Below, piece by piece: positions 55,642 through 64,000 of a stretch of DNA of 64,000 bases. Both the position numbers and the translations under genes were made by a program. The stretch comes from Longimicrobiales bacterium. Lineage in GTDB: Bacteria; Gemmatimonadota; Gemmatimonadetes; Longimicrobiales; Gaopeijiaceae. The stretch covers positions 480,001 through 544,000 of the forward strand of contig OZ241869.1 in the NCBI GenBank assembly GCA_965202805.1. The letters are read 5' to 3'. How positions within the stretch are numbered: position 1 is the stretch's first letter; every line of letters starts with the position of its first letter. The notes under the pieces were generated by a model. It did no database searches. It was not told the DNA's origin and saw nothing but the letters and a program-made list of their open reading frames with translations.

Positions 55642-57689
55642 CGGATGCCGCCGCGCCGCCGGCCTCCGGCTCCCCGCCCACCTTCGCCGGCATCACCGCG
55701 TCCGGCCTGGGGGCGTCCGTGCGCGCGGCGCTGGAGCGCGCCCAGGGGGAGATCGACGACCTCGCCGCCAGCCGCGGGACGCCCGCGACCTACGACGCGA
55801 CCATTCAGCGCCTGGACGACATCGTTCAGTGGGTGGAGGAGGAGCTGGCGCCGGTCACGGTTCTGCTCTCGGTTGCCGAGACGCCCGAGCTGAGACGCGC
55901 CTATAACGCGGTCCTGCCCGAAATCGCGGCGTTCTGGTCGCGGCTCCCGCTGCACCGGGGCCTGTGGGCGGCCGTGCGGAACTTCTCGGCCACTCCGGAG
56001 GCGGAAGCGCTCGGCCCGTTGCGCCGCCGCAACCTCGACAGGCTGATGCACCAGTTCCGGTCCGCCGGGGCCGATCTGGGCGACGAAGCCCGCGGCCGCG
56101 TTCAGGAGATCCGGATCGAGCTGTCCCGGCTGGAACGGCGCTTCTCGGAGAACGTCCTCGATGCCACCGAAGCCTTTCGGCTGCACATCACCGACGACGA
56201 GCGTCCCCGGCTCGACGGGATCCCCGACACGGCGCTGGAGCTGGCCCGCCACAAGGCCCGGGCGAAGGACCTGGACGGCTGGCTGCTGACGCTGGACTTC
56301 CCGTCCTTCGAGCCGGTCCTCAAATATGCCCACGACCGCAAACTGCGCAGGCAGCTCCACCAGGCCTACGTGGGGCGCTGCCGGGACGGCGAGCTGGACA
56401 ACCGCCCGACCATCACGCGCATCCTGGAGCTGAGGCGCGAACTCGCCGGCCTGCTCGGATACGGGGACTTCTCCGACTATCGCCTGGACGACGCCATGGC
56501 GCGCAGCGGCACCCGCGCGTTCGACTTCGTCCGCGACCTGCGCGAGCGCACCCTCCCGTACTGGGAGCGCGATCTGGCGATGATCCGCGAGAAGGCCACC
56601 CGCATGGGGATCGGGTCGCTGAGGCCGTGGGACCTGGCGTACGTGTCGGAGGCGCTCCGGCGCGAGCGTTTCCGGTTCGATGACGAGGTCACGCGGCCCT
56701 GGTTTCCCCTCGACCGGGTGCTGGACGGCCTGTTCGAGATCGTGGAGCGGGTGTTCGCCGTCCGGGTCGAGGAGGTGCCGGCCGGGGACGTCTGGCACGA
56801 GGACGTGCGTTCCTATCGCCTGGTCGCGGAGGACGGCACCCGCCTCGGATCCTTCCACACCGACTGGTTCCCGCGCAGCGGAAAGCGCCAGGGCGCGTGG
56901 ATGGCGACCCTGACCACCGGGGGTCCGCGGCCGGACGGCGACTTCGTGCCCCACACCGGCATGATGGCGGGCAACTTCGCCCCGCCCGTGCCGGGCAAAC
57001 CGGCCCTGCTCACCCACCGGAGCGTCCAGACCATCTTCCACGAGTTCGGGCATCTCCTGCATCACTGCACGTCGCGGGTGCCGCTGCCCTCCCGGTCGGG
57101 GATGCAGGTGCCCTGGGACTGGGTGGAGGTGCCCTCCCAGATCATGGAAAACTGGACCTGGGAGCGTGAGGCGCTGTCCATCTTCTCCGGGCACCACGAG
57201 ACGGGGGAGCCTCTGCCCGACGAGCTGTACCGGCGCATGCTGGCGGCGCGCCGCTTCATGGGCGGCCAGGCGCAGATGAGGCAGCTGGGGTTCGCGACCC
57301 TCGACCTGCGGCTCCATCGCGAGTACGATGGCAGGCAGGAGCTGATGTCGTACGCGGAAGAGGTCATGAGGCCGTTCGTCCTGGATGAGAGCTTCGCCAG
57401 GAGCCACATCCTCACCACCTTCAGCCATCTGTTTTCGGGCGGCTACGCTTCGGCCTACTACAGCTACATGTGGTCCGAGGTGCTGGAGGCGGACGCCTTC
57501 GGGCGGTTCCGCGGGGAAGGGATCCTCTCGCGGGAAACCGGCGCGGCCTTCATGGACACGATCCTGGCGCAGGGGGACAGCCGGGAACCGGACGAGATGT
57601 TCCGCGCCTTCATGGGAAGGGACCCGGATCCGGACGCCCTCCTGAGGCGAAACCTGGGAGAGCTGGACGAGAGCCGGGCGGCGACGTGA
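55638..57689 (+). CDS. M3 family oligopeptidase A-like
   Basis: KRQGAWM, FHEFGHLLH, WDWVEVPSQIMENW, FSHLFSGGYASAYYSYMWSEVL. Confidence 0.92.
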   Translation: MTDAAAPPASGSPPTFAGITASGLGASVRAALERAQGEIDDLAASRGTPATYDATIQRLDDIVQWVEEELAPVTVLLSVAETPELRRAYNAVLPEIAAFWSRLPLHRGLWAAVRNFSATPEAEALGPLRRRNLDRLMHQFRSAGADLGDEARGRVQEIRIELSRLERRFSENVLDATEAFRLHITDDERPRLDGIPDTALELARHKARAKDLDGWLLTLDFPSFEPVLKYAHDRKLRRQLHQAYVGRCRDGELDNRPTITRILELRRELAGLLGYGDFSDYRLDDAMARSGTRAFDFVRDLRERTLPYWERDLAMIREKATRMGIGSLRPWDLAYVSEALRRERFRFDDEVTRPWFPLDRVLDGLFEIVERVFAVRVEEVPAGDVWHEDVRSYRLVAEDGTRLGSFHTDWFPRSGKRQGAWMATLTTGGPRPDGDFVPHTGMMAGNFAPPVPGKPALLTHRSVQTIFHEFGHLLHHCTSRVPLPSRSGMQVPWDWVEVPSQIMENWTWEREALSIFSGHHETGEPLPDELYRRMLAARRFMGGQAQMRQLGFATLDLRLHREYDGRQELMSYAEEVMRPFVLDESFARSHILTTFSHLFSGGYASAYYSYMWSEVLEADAFGRFRGEGILSRETGAAFMDTILAQGDSREPDEMFRAFMGRDPDPDALLRRNLGELDESRAAT

Positions 57690-57774
57690 GGGGTTGGCGC
57701 CGGTCGGCGGCGGTGGAGGCGACACACGTCCCGCCGGGCGAGTGCCGGCGCGAGGCTGCAACGAGGAGGGAGCG

Positions 57775-58956
57775 ATGAGGTCGATACCACGTGCCGGCGC
57801 CGCGGCGTTTCTGCTGCTCTCGGCCGGGTGTGTCTCCGGGTCCGGAGCCGGCGCGGCCGCGGAGGGTGGCCCGGTGGCCCGTGCGGCCGACCCGGGCGCG
57901 GTGTACTGGCTGTACGTCGGGGCGGAGTCGGCCGACCTGATCCACCGCGTCCGCTTCGACGGCACGCTCACCCTGGAGCAGACCACCATGGTAGGGGAGA
58001 TCCCCACCGAAACCGAGGGGCCCCACGGGCTCCGCATCTCCCCCGACGGCCGCCACCTGTACATGACCACCGGACACGGCTTTCCGGACGGGAAGCTGTG
58101 GAAGTTCGAGGCGGGCGTGGACACCGTCGTCGCGGAGCCCATCCTGCTGGGCTACTTCCCGGCCACCATCGACCTCACCCCGGACGGGCTCTACGCCTTC
58201 GTAGTCAACTTCAACCTGCACGGCGAGCACGTGCCCTCCACCGTCTCGGTGGTCTACACCCCCGACCTGGTCGAGGTCGAGCAGATCGAGACCTGCACCA
58301 TGCCGCACGGCGCGCGCATGGCCCCGGACGGCCTCTTCCTGTACTCCAACTGCATGATGGACGAGCAGGTGGTCGAGATCGACACCCGCACCTTCGAGGT
58401 GGCGCGCAGGTTCTCGGTCGCGCCCGGTCGCGAAGGCCCGCTCGATGCGGAAGGGGTTGCGGGACGCATGGCGGGAGGCATGAGCGGGATGGGCGCTGGA
58501 GCGATGGCGGAGTCTCAGTGCTCGCCCACCTGGGTGCAGCCTTCGCCCGACGGCCTCAGCCTGTACGTCGCCTGCAACGCGGGGAGCCGGATCCTCCACC
58601 TCGACCGGCAGAGCTGGGAGCTGACCCGCGTGCTGCGCGCCGGCACCGGTCCGTACAACCTGGCGATCACGCCCGACGGCCGGATGCTGGTGGCGACGCT
58701 CAAGCAGGGGGCGGGAGTGGAGTTCTTCGACCTCCGCACCGGCGAGAGCCTCGCGCGTGTGCCCACCACGACCACGGTCACGCACGGGGTGGAGGTGTCC
58801 CCCGACTCCCGCTACGCCTTCGTGAGCTCGGAGGGCGTGGGAGCCGAGCCGGGCAAGGTGGACGTGTTCGACCTCTCCGATTTCTCCCGCGTGGGCGACG
58901 TGGAGGTCGGGCAGCAGGCCGGCGGCATCGCCTTCTGGAAGATGGAGCTGCCCTGA
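57775..58956 (+). CDS. YncE/YVTN-like beta-propeller lipoprotein
   Basis: Lipobox LSAGC; repeats GPHGLRISPDG, PHGARMAPDG, GPYNLAITPDG, HGVEVSPD. Confidence 0.8.
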   Translation: MRSIPRAGAAAFLLLSAGCVSGSGAGAAAEGGPVARAADPGAVYWLYVGAESADLIHRVRFDGTLTLEQTTMVGEIPTETEGPHGLRISPDGRHLYMTTGHGFPDGKLWKFEAGVDTVVAEPILLGYFPATIDLTPDGLYAFVVNFNLHGEHVPSTVSVVYTPDLVEVEQIETCTMPHGARMAPDGLFLYSNCMMDEQVVEIDTRTFEVARRFSVAPGREGPLDAEGVAGRMAGGMSGMGAGAMAESQCSPTWVQPSPDGLSLYVACNAGSRILHLDRQSWELTRVLRAGTGPYNLAITPDGRMLVATLKQGAGVEFFDLRTGESLARVPTTTTVTHGVEVSPDSRYAFVSSEGVGAEPGKVDVFDLSDFSRVGDVEVGQQAGGIAFWKMELP

Positions 58957-59143
58957 CGAGTGAAGCTGCCTCCGTCGCGCGCGCTCCCGGCGTCGAGGCT
59001 GGCCGCCGGTTCGGGGTGGTGTCGCCCGCGTTTGCGCGTCGGTTCGGCGCCCGTTTGTTGACGGTCCGAGGTCCCGCGGCAAAGAATCACATCAGCGCCG
59101 GGCGCGAACAGTTCCGGCGCTTCCATACGAAGAGGATGTTCCC

Positions 59144-61924
59144 ATGCGCATGATCACGCGAAATCGTCGGTACTTCCGTGGCCGGGCACTCCCGGGGCCC
59201 GTCTTCCTCCTCCTCGTCCCCGTGTTGTGGGCGTGCGAGGAGATGGCCACCGCCACCCGCGTCACCTCCCCCCTGGAGCAGTTCGGGCACGAGATCGGGG
59301 CCGACTACGTCCTCCCCAACTACGTGGAGCTGACCGAATACTGGGAGCTGCTGGCGTCGGAGTCGGATCGCATGACCCTCGAGTCGATCGGCCGGACCGA
59401 GGAAGGCCGCGAACAGCTGATGGCGACCATCACCTCCCCCGGCAACCACCGCAATCTGGCCCGCTACAAGGACATCGCGGAGCGCATGGCGCACGCCGAA
59501 GGGGTCTCGGAGACCGAGGCCCGGGCGATGGCGGCCGAGGGCAGGGCGGTGGTCTGGATCGACGGCGGCCTGCACGCCAACGAGGTGCTCGGGGCGCAGC
59601 AGCTGATGGAGCTGGTCTACCACCTGGTGAGCAGCACCGACGACGAGACCATGCGCATCCTCGACGACGTGGTGGTGCTGGTGGCGCACGCCAACCCGGA
59701 CGGCCACGACCTGCTCGCCAACTGGTACATGCGCATCGAGACGCCCGAGGAGCGCAGCACGGGCGGCGTCCCGGTTCTCTACCAGAAGTACGCGGGCCAC
59801 GACAACAACCGCGACTTCTACATGTCGGCGCTCGCCGAGACCACCAACGTCAACCGCATCATCGCGCGCGAGTGGTTCCCCCAGATCGTCTACAACCACC
59901 ACCAGACCGGCCCGCTGGGCACGGTCATGTTCGCGCCGCCCTTCCGCGATCCGCCCAACCACTACCTCGATCCGCTCATCCTCACCGGCCTCGACCAGGT
60001 CGGCTCGGCGATGCACCAGCGCTTCGTGCTGGAAGGGAAGGGGGGCACGACCATGCGCAGCGGGGCGAGCTACTCGACCTGGTGGAACGGCGGCCTGCGC
60101 ACGACGCCCTACTTCAAGAACCAGATCGGGCTGCTGACCGAGACCATCGGCAACCCGACGCCCATTGCGATCCCCTTCCTCCCCCGGCGCCAGTTGCCCC
60201 ACGGCGATCTGCCGCTGCCGGTGGAGCCCGGCGTGTGGCACTTCCGCCAGTCGGTCGACTACTCGATGACCGCCAACCTCGCGGTGCTCGACTTCGCCTC
60301 GCGCAACAAGGACCACCTGCTGTTCAACATCTGGCGCATGGGCACCAACTCCATCGAGCGCGGCAGCCGCGACCACTGGACAGTGCTGCCCTTCGAGATC
60401 GACGAGGCCAGCGAAACGATCGCGCGCATGGGCTCGCGCGATGACTACGAGCGGCTTCTGAGGGATCCCGCCGACCGCGATCCGCGCGGCTTCATCCTGC
60501 CCTCCGACCAGCCGGACTTCCCGACGGCGACCAGGTTCGTGAACGCGCTGCTGAAGGGCGGAGTGCAGGTGCATCGGGCGACCGCCGATTTCGAGGTCGG
60601 AGGCACGAGCTATCCCGCCGGGTCCTGGGTGGTGCTGGCCGCGCAGGCGTTCCGGCCCCACGTCCTCGACATGTTCGAGCCGCAGAACCACCCCAACGAC
60701 TTCCCCTATCCGGGCGCGCCCCCGACGGCTCCGTACGACAACGCCGGGTGGACCCTGGCCTACCAGATGGGCGTCGAGTTCGACCGCATTCTGGACGGCT
60801 TCGACGGCCCCTTCGAGCCCATCGAGTGGCTGGCCGAGACGCCCGCGGGCATGGTCGCGGGAGCGGCCGACGCCGCCGGCTACCTGGTCAGCCACGACGC
60901 CAACGACGCCTTCGTGGTCGTCAACCGCGTGCTCGCGGCGGGCGGGAGCGTTCACTGGATGAGGGATGACTTCCAGGCGGGCGGAGCGGAGCACCCGGCG
61001 GGGACGTTCTTCGTTTCCGGCGCCGGGGCGGACGAGACTTCCGTGAGCGCGATGGCCGCGGAGCTGGGCATCGACTTCGCCGGTGTGGAGTCGGCGCCTG
61101 CCGGACGCGCCTTCGAGCTTACCGCCCCGAGGATCGCGCTCGGCGACTTCTACGGCGGTTCGATGCCGTCGGGGTGGACGCGCATGATCCTCGAGGACTT
61201 CGAGTTCGACTTCGATGTGGTCTTCCCGCCCGACCTCGACCGGGGCGACCTGATCGACAGGTTCGACGTGCTGGTGCTCGAGGACGGCGCGGTCCCGCTG
61301 CCCGGACGCGACGCCGGCAGGACCATGCTGCCCGAGTTCGCGGCTACCGTGCCGGACGAATACCGCGGCCGCATCGGAGCCTTCAGCTCGGCGACCACGG
61401 TGCCGGCCGTGCTCGACTTCATCCGCGCCGGGGGGACGGTGGTGGCCATCGGCAGCTCGACCGCGCTGGCCTACCATGCGGGGCTGCCGGTTCGCGACTA
61501 CCTGGTCGGAGCCGACGGTCAGCCGCTGCCTTCCGAGGAGTACTACGTGCCCGGCTCGGTGCTCGATCTCCGCGTGGACGGCACCCATCCGCTGGCTGCC
61601 GGCGTCGGCGAGCGGGCCAACGTGCTCTTCAGCCGCAGCCCGGTGTTCGGTCTTCAGGGCGCCGCGGCGGGGGTGACGCCGGTCGGGTGGTTCGACACCG
61701 ATGCGCCGCTGCGCAGCGGATGGGCCTGGGGCCAGCACCACCTGGAGGACGGGGTCTCGATCGCCGACGCCCGGGTGGGCGAGGGACGCCTGCTCCTGTT
61801 CGGTCCCAAGATCACCTTCCGCGCCCAGTCGCACGGGACCTTCCCGTTCCTGTTCAACGGCATCCACTACGGGGCGGCCCGCGAAGTCATCCTGCCGAAC
61901 GCCATGTTGGCGGGTGGAGGATGA
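59144..61924 (+). CDS. M14-family zinc carboxypeptidase, exported
   Basis: IGRTEEGR, DGGLHANE, ANPDG, HDNNRD, YNHHQ. Confidence 0.85.
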   Translation: MRMITRNRRYFRGRALPGPVFLLLVPVLWACEEMATATRVTSPLEQFGHEIGADYVLPNYVELTEYWELLASESDRMTLESIGRTEEGREQLMATITSPGNHRNLARYKDIAERMAHAEGVSETEARAMAAEGRAVVWIDGGLHANEVLGAQQLMELVYHLVSSTDDETMRILDDVVVLVAHANPDGHDLLANWYMRIETPEERSTGGVPVLYQKYAGHDNNRDFYMSALAETTNVNRIIAREWFPQIVYNHHQTGPLGTVMFAPPFRDPPNHYLDPLILTGLDQVGSAMHQRFVLEGKGGTTMRSGASYSTWWNGGLRTTPYFKNQIGLLTETIGNPTPIAIPFLPRRQLPHGDLPLPVEPGVWHFRQSVDYSMTANLAVLDFASRNKDHLLFNIWRMGTNSIERGSRDHWTVLPFEIDEASETIARMGSRDDYERLLRDPADRDPRGFILPSDQPDFPTATRFVNALLKGGVQVHRATADFEVGGTSYPAGSWVVLAAQAFRPHVLDMFEPQNHPNDFPYPGAPPTAPYDNAGWTLAYQMGVEFDRILDGFDGPFEPIEWLAETPAGMVAGAADAAGYLVSHDANDAFVVVNRVLAAGGSVHWMRDDFQAGGAEHPAGTFFVSGAGADETSVSAMAAELGIDFAGVESAPAGRAFELTAPRIALGDFYGGSMPSGWTRMILEDFEFDFDVVFPPDLDRGDLIDRFDVLVLEDGAVPLPGRDAGRTMLPEFAATVPDEYRGRIGAFSSATTVPAVLDFIRAGGTVVAIGSSTALAYHAGLPVRDYLVGADGQPLPSEEYYVPGSVLDLRVDGTHPLAAGVGERANVLFSRSPVFGLQGAAAGVTPVGWFDTDAPLRSGWAWGQHHLEDGVSIADARVGEGRLLLFGPKITFRAQSHGTFPFLFNGIHYGAAREVILPNAMLAGGG

Positions 61925-62442
61925 TGGCGGTGTCCGCGGATCACGGCATGGCCGGGCGGGCCCGGCGGATGGTGATCGCTGCGGCCCTGGTTTTCGCCGG
62001 GGTCGCGGCGGCGGGTTCCGCGCCCGCCCCGGCGTCTGCCCAGGTGCGCCTGGGCGGGCAGATTTCCTACGCCAGGGATGTTCTGGGCGGTACCGTCGGA
62101 ATAGGGCCCCGGGCAGAGTTCGGGTTTCCTGCCTTTCCGGTGCGGCTGGCGGCGGCCGGCGACTACTTCTTCCCGAACTGCAACCAGTGCCGCTACTGGG
62201 AGGCGAACGTCAACGCCCTCGTTTCCCTCCCGATACTCCCCATTCCCTTCTTTCGCTACGTCGGGGGCGGCTGGCACCTGCAGAGCATCAAGGCCAACCC
62301 GTTCGAGGATGCGACCCGGGCCCGGGGCTTCAACGCCGTCGCGGGTCTGGGCTCCGACAACACCAGCGTCGAGATCCGCTACGAGATCGTGAAGGACGTG
62401 GACAATCAGTTCGTGCTCTCGTTCGCGATCTTCGTGCTGTAG
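61921..62442 (+). CDS. Small outer-membrane beta-barrel protein
   Basis: Signal peptide ending ASAQ, alternating strands, aromatic C-terminus. Confidence 0.6.
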   Translation: MMAVSADHGMAGRARRMVIAAALVFAGVAAAGSAPAPASAQVRLGGQISYARDVLGGTVGIGPRAEFGFPAFPVRLAAAGDYFFPNCNQCRYWEANVNALVSLPILPIPFFRYVGGGWHLQSIKANPFEDATRARGFNAVAGLGSDNTSVEIRYEIVKDVDNQFVLSFAIFVL

Positions 62443-62516
62443 CCGGGGGGCCCTTCCTGTAGCCGGGGCCGTTTTCCGTCTGCGGAGCCTGTGCGCCCTT
62501 CTCCTCCGCGGCGCCG

Positions 62517-63269
62517 TCAGGTCGGCTGGTCGCGCGGGCGCATCAGGATCTCGTTGATGTTGACGTGCGCGGGAGCCGTAACGGCGTAGAGGATGGCCGC
62601 GGCCACGTCCTCCGCGTCCATGGGCTTCTTGTCCCGCCAGCGCTCGATGAACCCCTCCCGGGTTTCCGGGTCCGGGATGTGCTCCACCAGCTCGGTGGCA
62701 ACCACGCCGGGCTGAATGTCGGTGATCCGGATTCCGTGGGCCGCCGAAAGCTCCAGCTGCATGCCGGCCGAGATGCAGCGCACAGCGAACTTGGTGGCCG
62801 CGTACACGGTGCCGCCCGGGAAGGGGCGCCGCCCCGCCAGAGAGCCCACGTTCACGATGTGACCCCGGCGGCGCTCCAGCATGGCCGGAAGCGCGGCGGC
62901 GATGCAGTGCAGCACGCCCTTCACGTTCACGTCGACCATGCGCAGCCAGTCGTCCAGATGGATCTCCCTGACGGGCGAGGTGGGCATGATGCCGGCGTTG
63001 TTCACCAGGAGGTCGGCCGGTCCGAACTCCGCCGCCGCGCGCTCCACCAGCGCGAACACGGCCTCGCGGTCGGCCACGTCCGTGGCCACGGCCAGTGCGC
63101 GACCCCCGTCCCGCCGGATCCGCGCCACCACCTCGTCCAGTCGGTCGGCGCGCCGCGCCGCCACCGCCACCGCGGCTCCCGCCTCGCCCAGCGCGATGGC
63201 GGTGGCCCGGCCGATCCCGCTCGACGCCCCGGTAACGATGGCGATGCTGCCCGCGAGGGATTCGGACAC
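62517..63269 (-). CDS. Short-chain dehydrogenase/reductase
   Basis: TGASSGIG, NNAG, YAATK, IQPG. Confidence 0.95.
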   Translation of the reverse strand: MSESLAGSIAIVTGASSGIGRATAIALGEAGAAVAVAARRADRLDEVVARIRRDGGRALAVATDVADREAVFALVERAAAEFGPADLLVNNAGIMPTSPVREIHLDDWLRMVDVNVKGVLHCIAAALPAMLERRRGHIVNVGSLAGRRPFPGGTVYAATKFAVRCISAGMQLELSAAHGIRITDIQPGVVATELVEHIPDPETREGFIERWRDKKPMDAEDVAAAILYAVTAPAHVNINEILMRPRDQPT

Positions 63270-63379
63270 GATACAGCCTCCTTTGCGTGTGAATACGACC
63301 CCGAGGCATTATACTGAATCACGCCCCCGGGTAGCAGGGTGGTTATGGGCGGGGCAGCCACTACAGGAGGAGGACTCCG

Positions 63380-64000
63380 ATGAAGCTGGTACGGAATCTG
63401 GTGTTGATCGCCTTTGCACTCGCCGTGGCGGCAGGGCAGGCGCGCGCGCAGTTCGAGAACGTGGGGGTCATCGACTTCCCCACGTCGGCGACCGGTGAGG
63501 CGCAGGACCGCTTCCTGCGTGGTGTGGCGATCCTGCACAGCTTCGGCTGGATCCAGGCCCGGGAGCAGTTCCACGCTGCCCAGGAGCTCGATCCCGACTT
63601 CGCCATGGCGTACTGGGGAGAGTCGCTCGCATACAACCATCCGCTGACTTCGCAGATGGACGCCACCGAGCCGCGCAAGGCTCTCGAGCGCCTGGCTCCC
63701 ACGCGCGCGGAACGCCTCGCCAAGGCGCCGACGGATCGGGAGAAGGGATTCCTCAACGCCGTCGAGATCCTCTGGGGCGATGGGGAGCACGTCGATCGCC
63801 GGATCGGCTACATGGAAGCGATGCAGCGGCTGTACGAGCAATACCCGGACGACCCCGAGGTGGCCGCCTTCTACTCGCTGTCCATGCTGAGCGCGGTGGC
63901 CGCGACCCGCGACCTGAGCGGGCGCCTGAATGTCAAGGCGGGCACCATCGCCCTGAAGCTGTTCAAGGACAACGCCTACCACCCCGGGGCGGTCCACTAC
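63380..64000 (+). CDS. Exported TPR-like protein (runs off the window end)
   Basis: AGGAGG SD, signal peptide, AQDRFLRGVAILHSF, DPDFAMAYWG, HPGAVHY. Confidence 0.75.
   Translation, partial: MKLVRNLVLIAFALAVAAGQARAQFENVGVIDFPTSATGEAQDRFLRGVAILHSFGWIQAREQFHAAQELDPDFAMAYWGESLAYNHPLTSQMDATEPRKALERLAPTRAERLAKAPTDREKGFLNAVEILWGDGEHVDRRIGYMEAMQRLYEQYPDDPEVAAFYSLSMLSAVAATRDLSGRLNVKAGTIALKLFKDNAYHPGAVHY

Overview
GC-rich bacterial chromosome segment; the gene content (exported beta-propellers, M14/M3 peptidases, leishmanolysin-like lipoprotein) suggests a Gemmatimonadota-like organism, which is an inference. There are two parts. (1) About 1-34.3 kb is an accessory/defence island. Its first ~17.5 kb is a mosaic of intact cargo genes (three DUF4268/NucS-like genes, STAND ATPase-TPR, Atl-like and UDG-like genes, an M8-like protease) mixed with repeated fragments of Rpn/YhgA, vapC, brnT and an ATPase operon. 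An IS3 with an IS30 nested inside follows. Next is a hairpin-rich non-coding stretch ending in a tRNA-like cloverleaf with a UUA (ochre-reading) anticodon, then small Cys-rich, GIY-YIG and HNH genes. After that comes an IS481-bracketed dcm / MORC-like GHKL ATPase / Mrr-SF2 helicase / vsr operon, converging on a STAND ATPase-PRTase-like gene. (2) About 34.3-64 kb is core-like. It holds a form I aerobic CO dehydrogenase cluster (mocA, xdhC/coxF, coxD, coxE, coxG, coxM, coxS, coxL), a nitrogen-linked block (amt, circularly permuted ATP-grasp, alpha-E, transglutaminase, porin), dusB, tmRNA, lspA, glnA, a CNNM/CBS protein, pncB/pncA-like genes, peptidases, an SDR and a TPR protein. The best candidates for new biology are the UUA tRNA-like/structured RNA plus nuclease module, the dcm-MORC-helicase(-STAND/PRTase) defence locus, and the set of orphan RpnS-type antitoxin modules. 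All family calls come from motif recognition by eye; no database searches were run.
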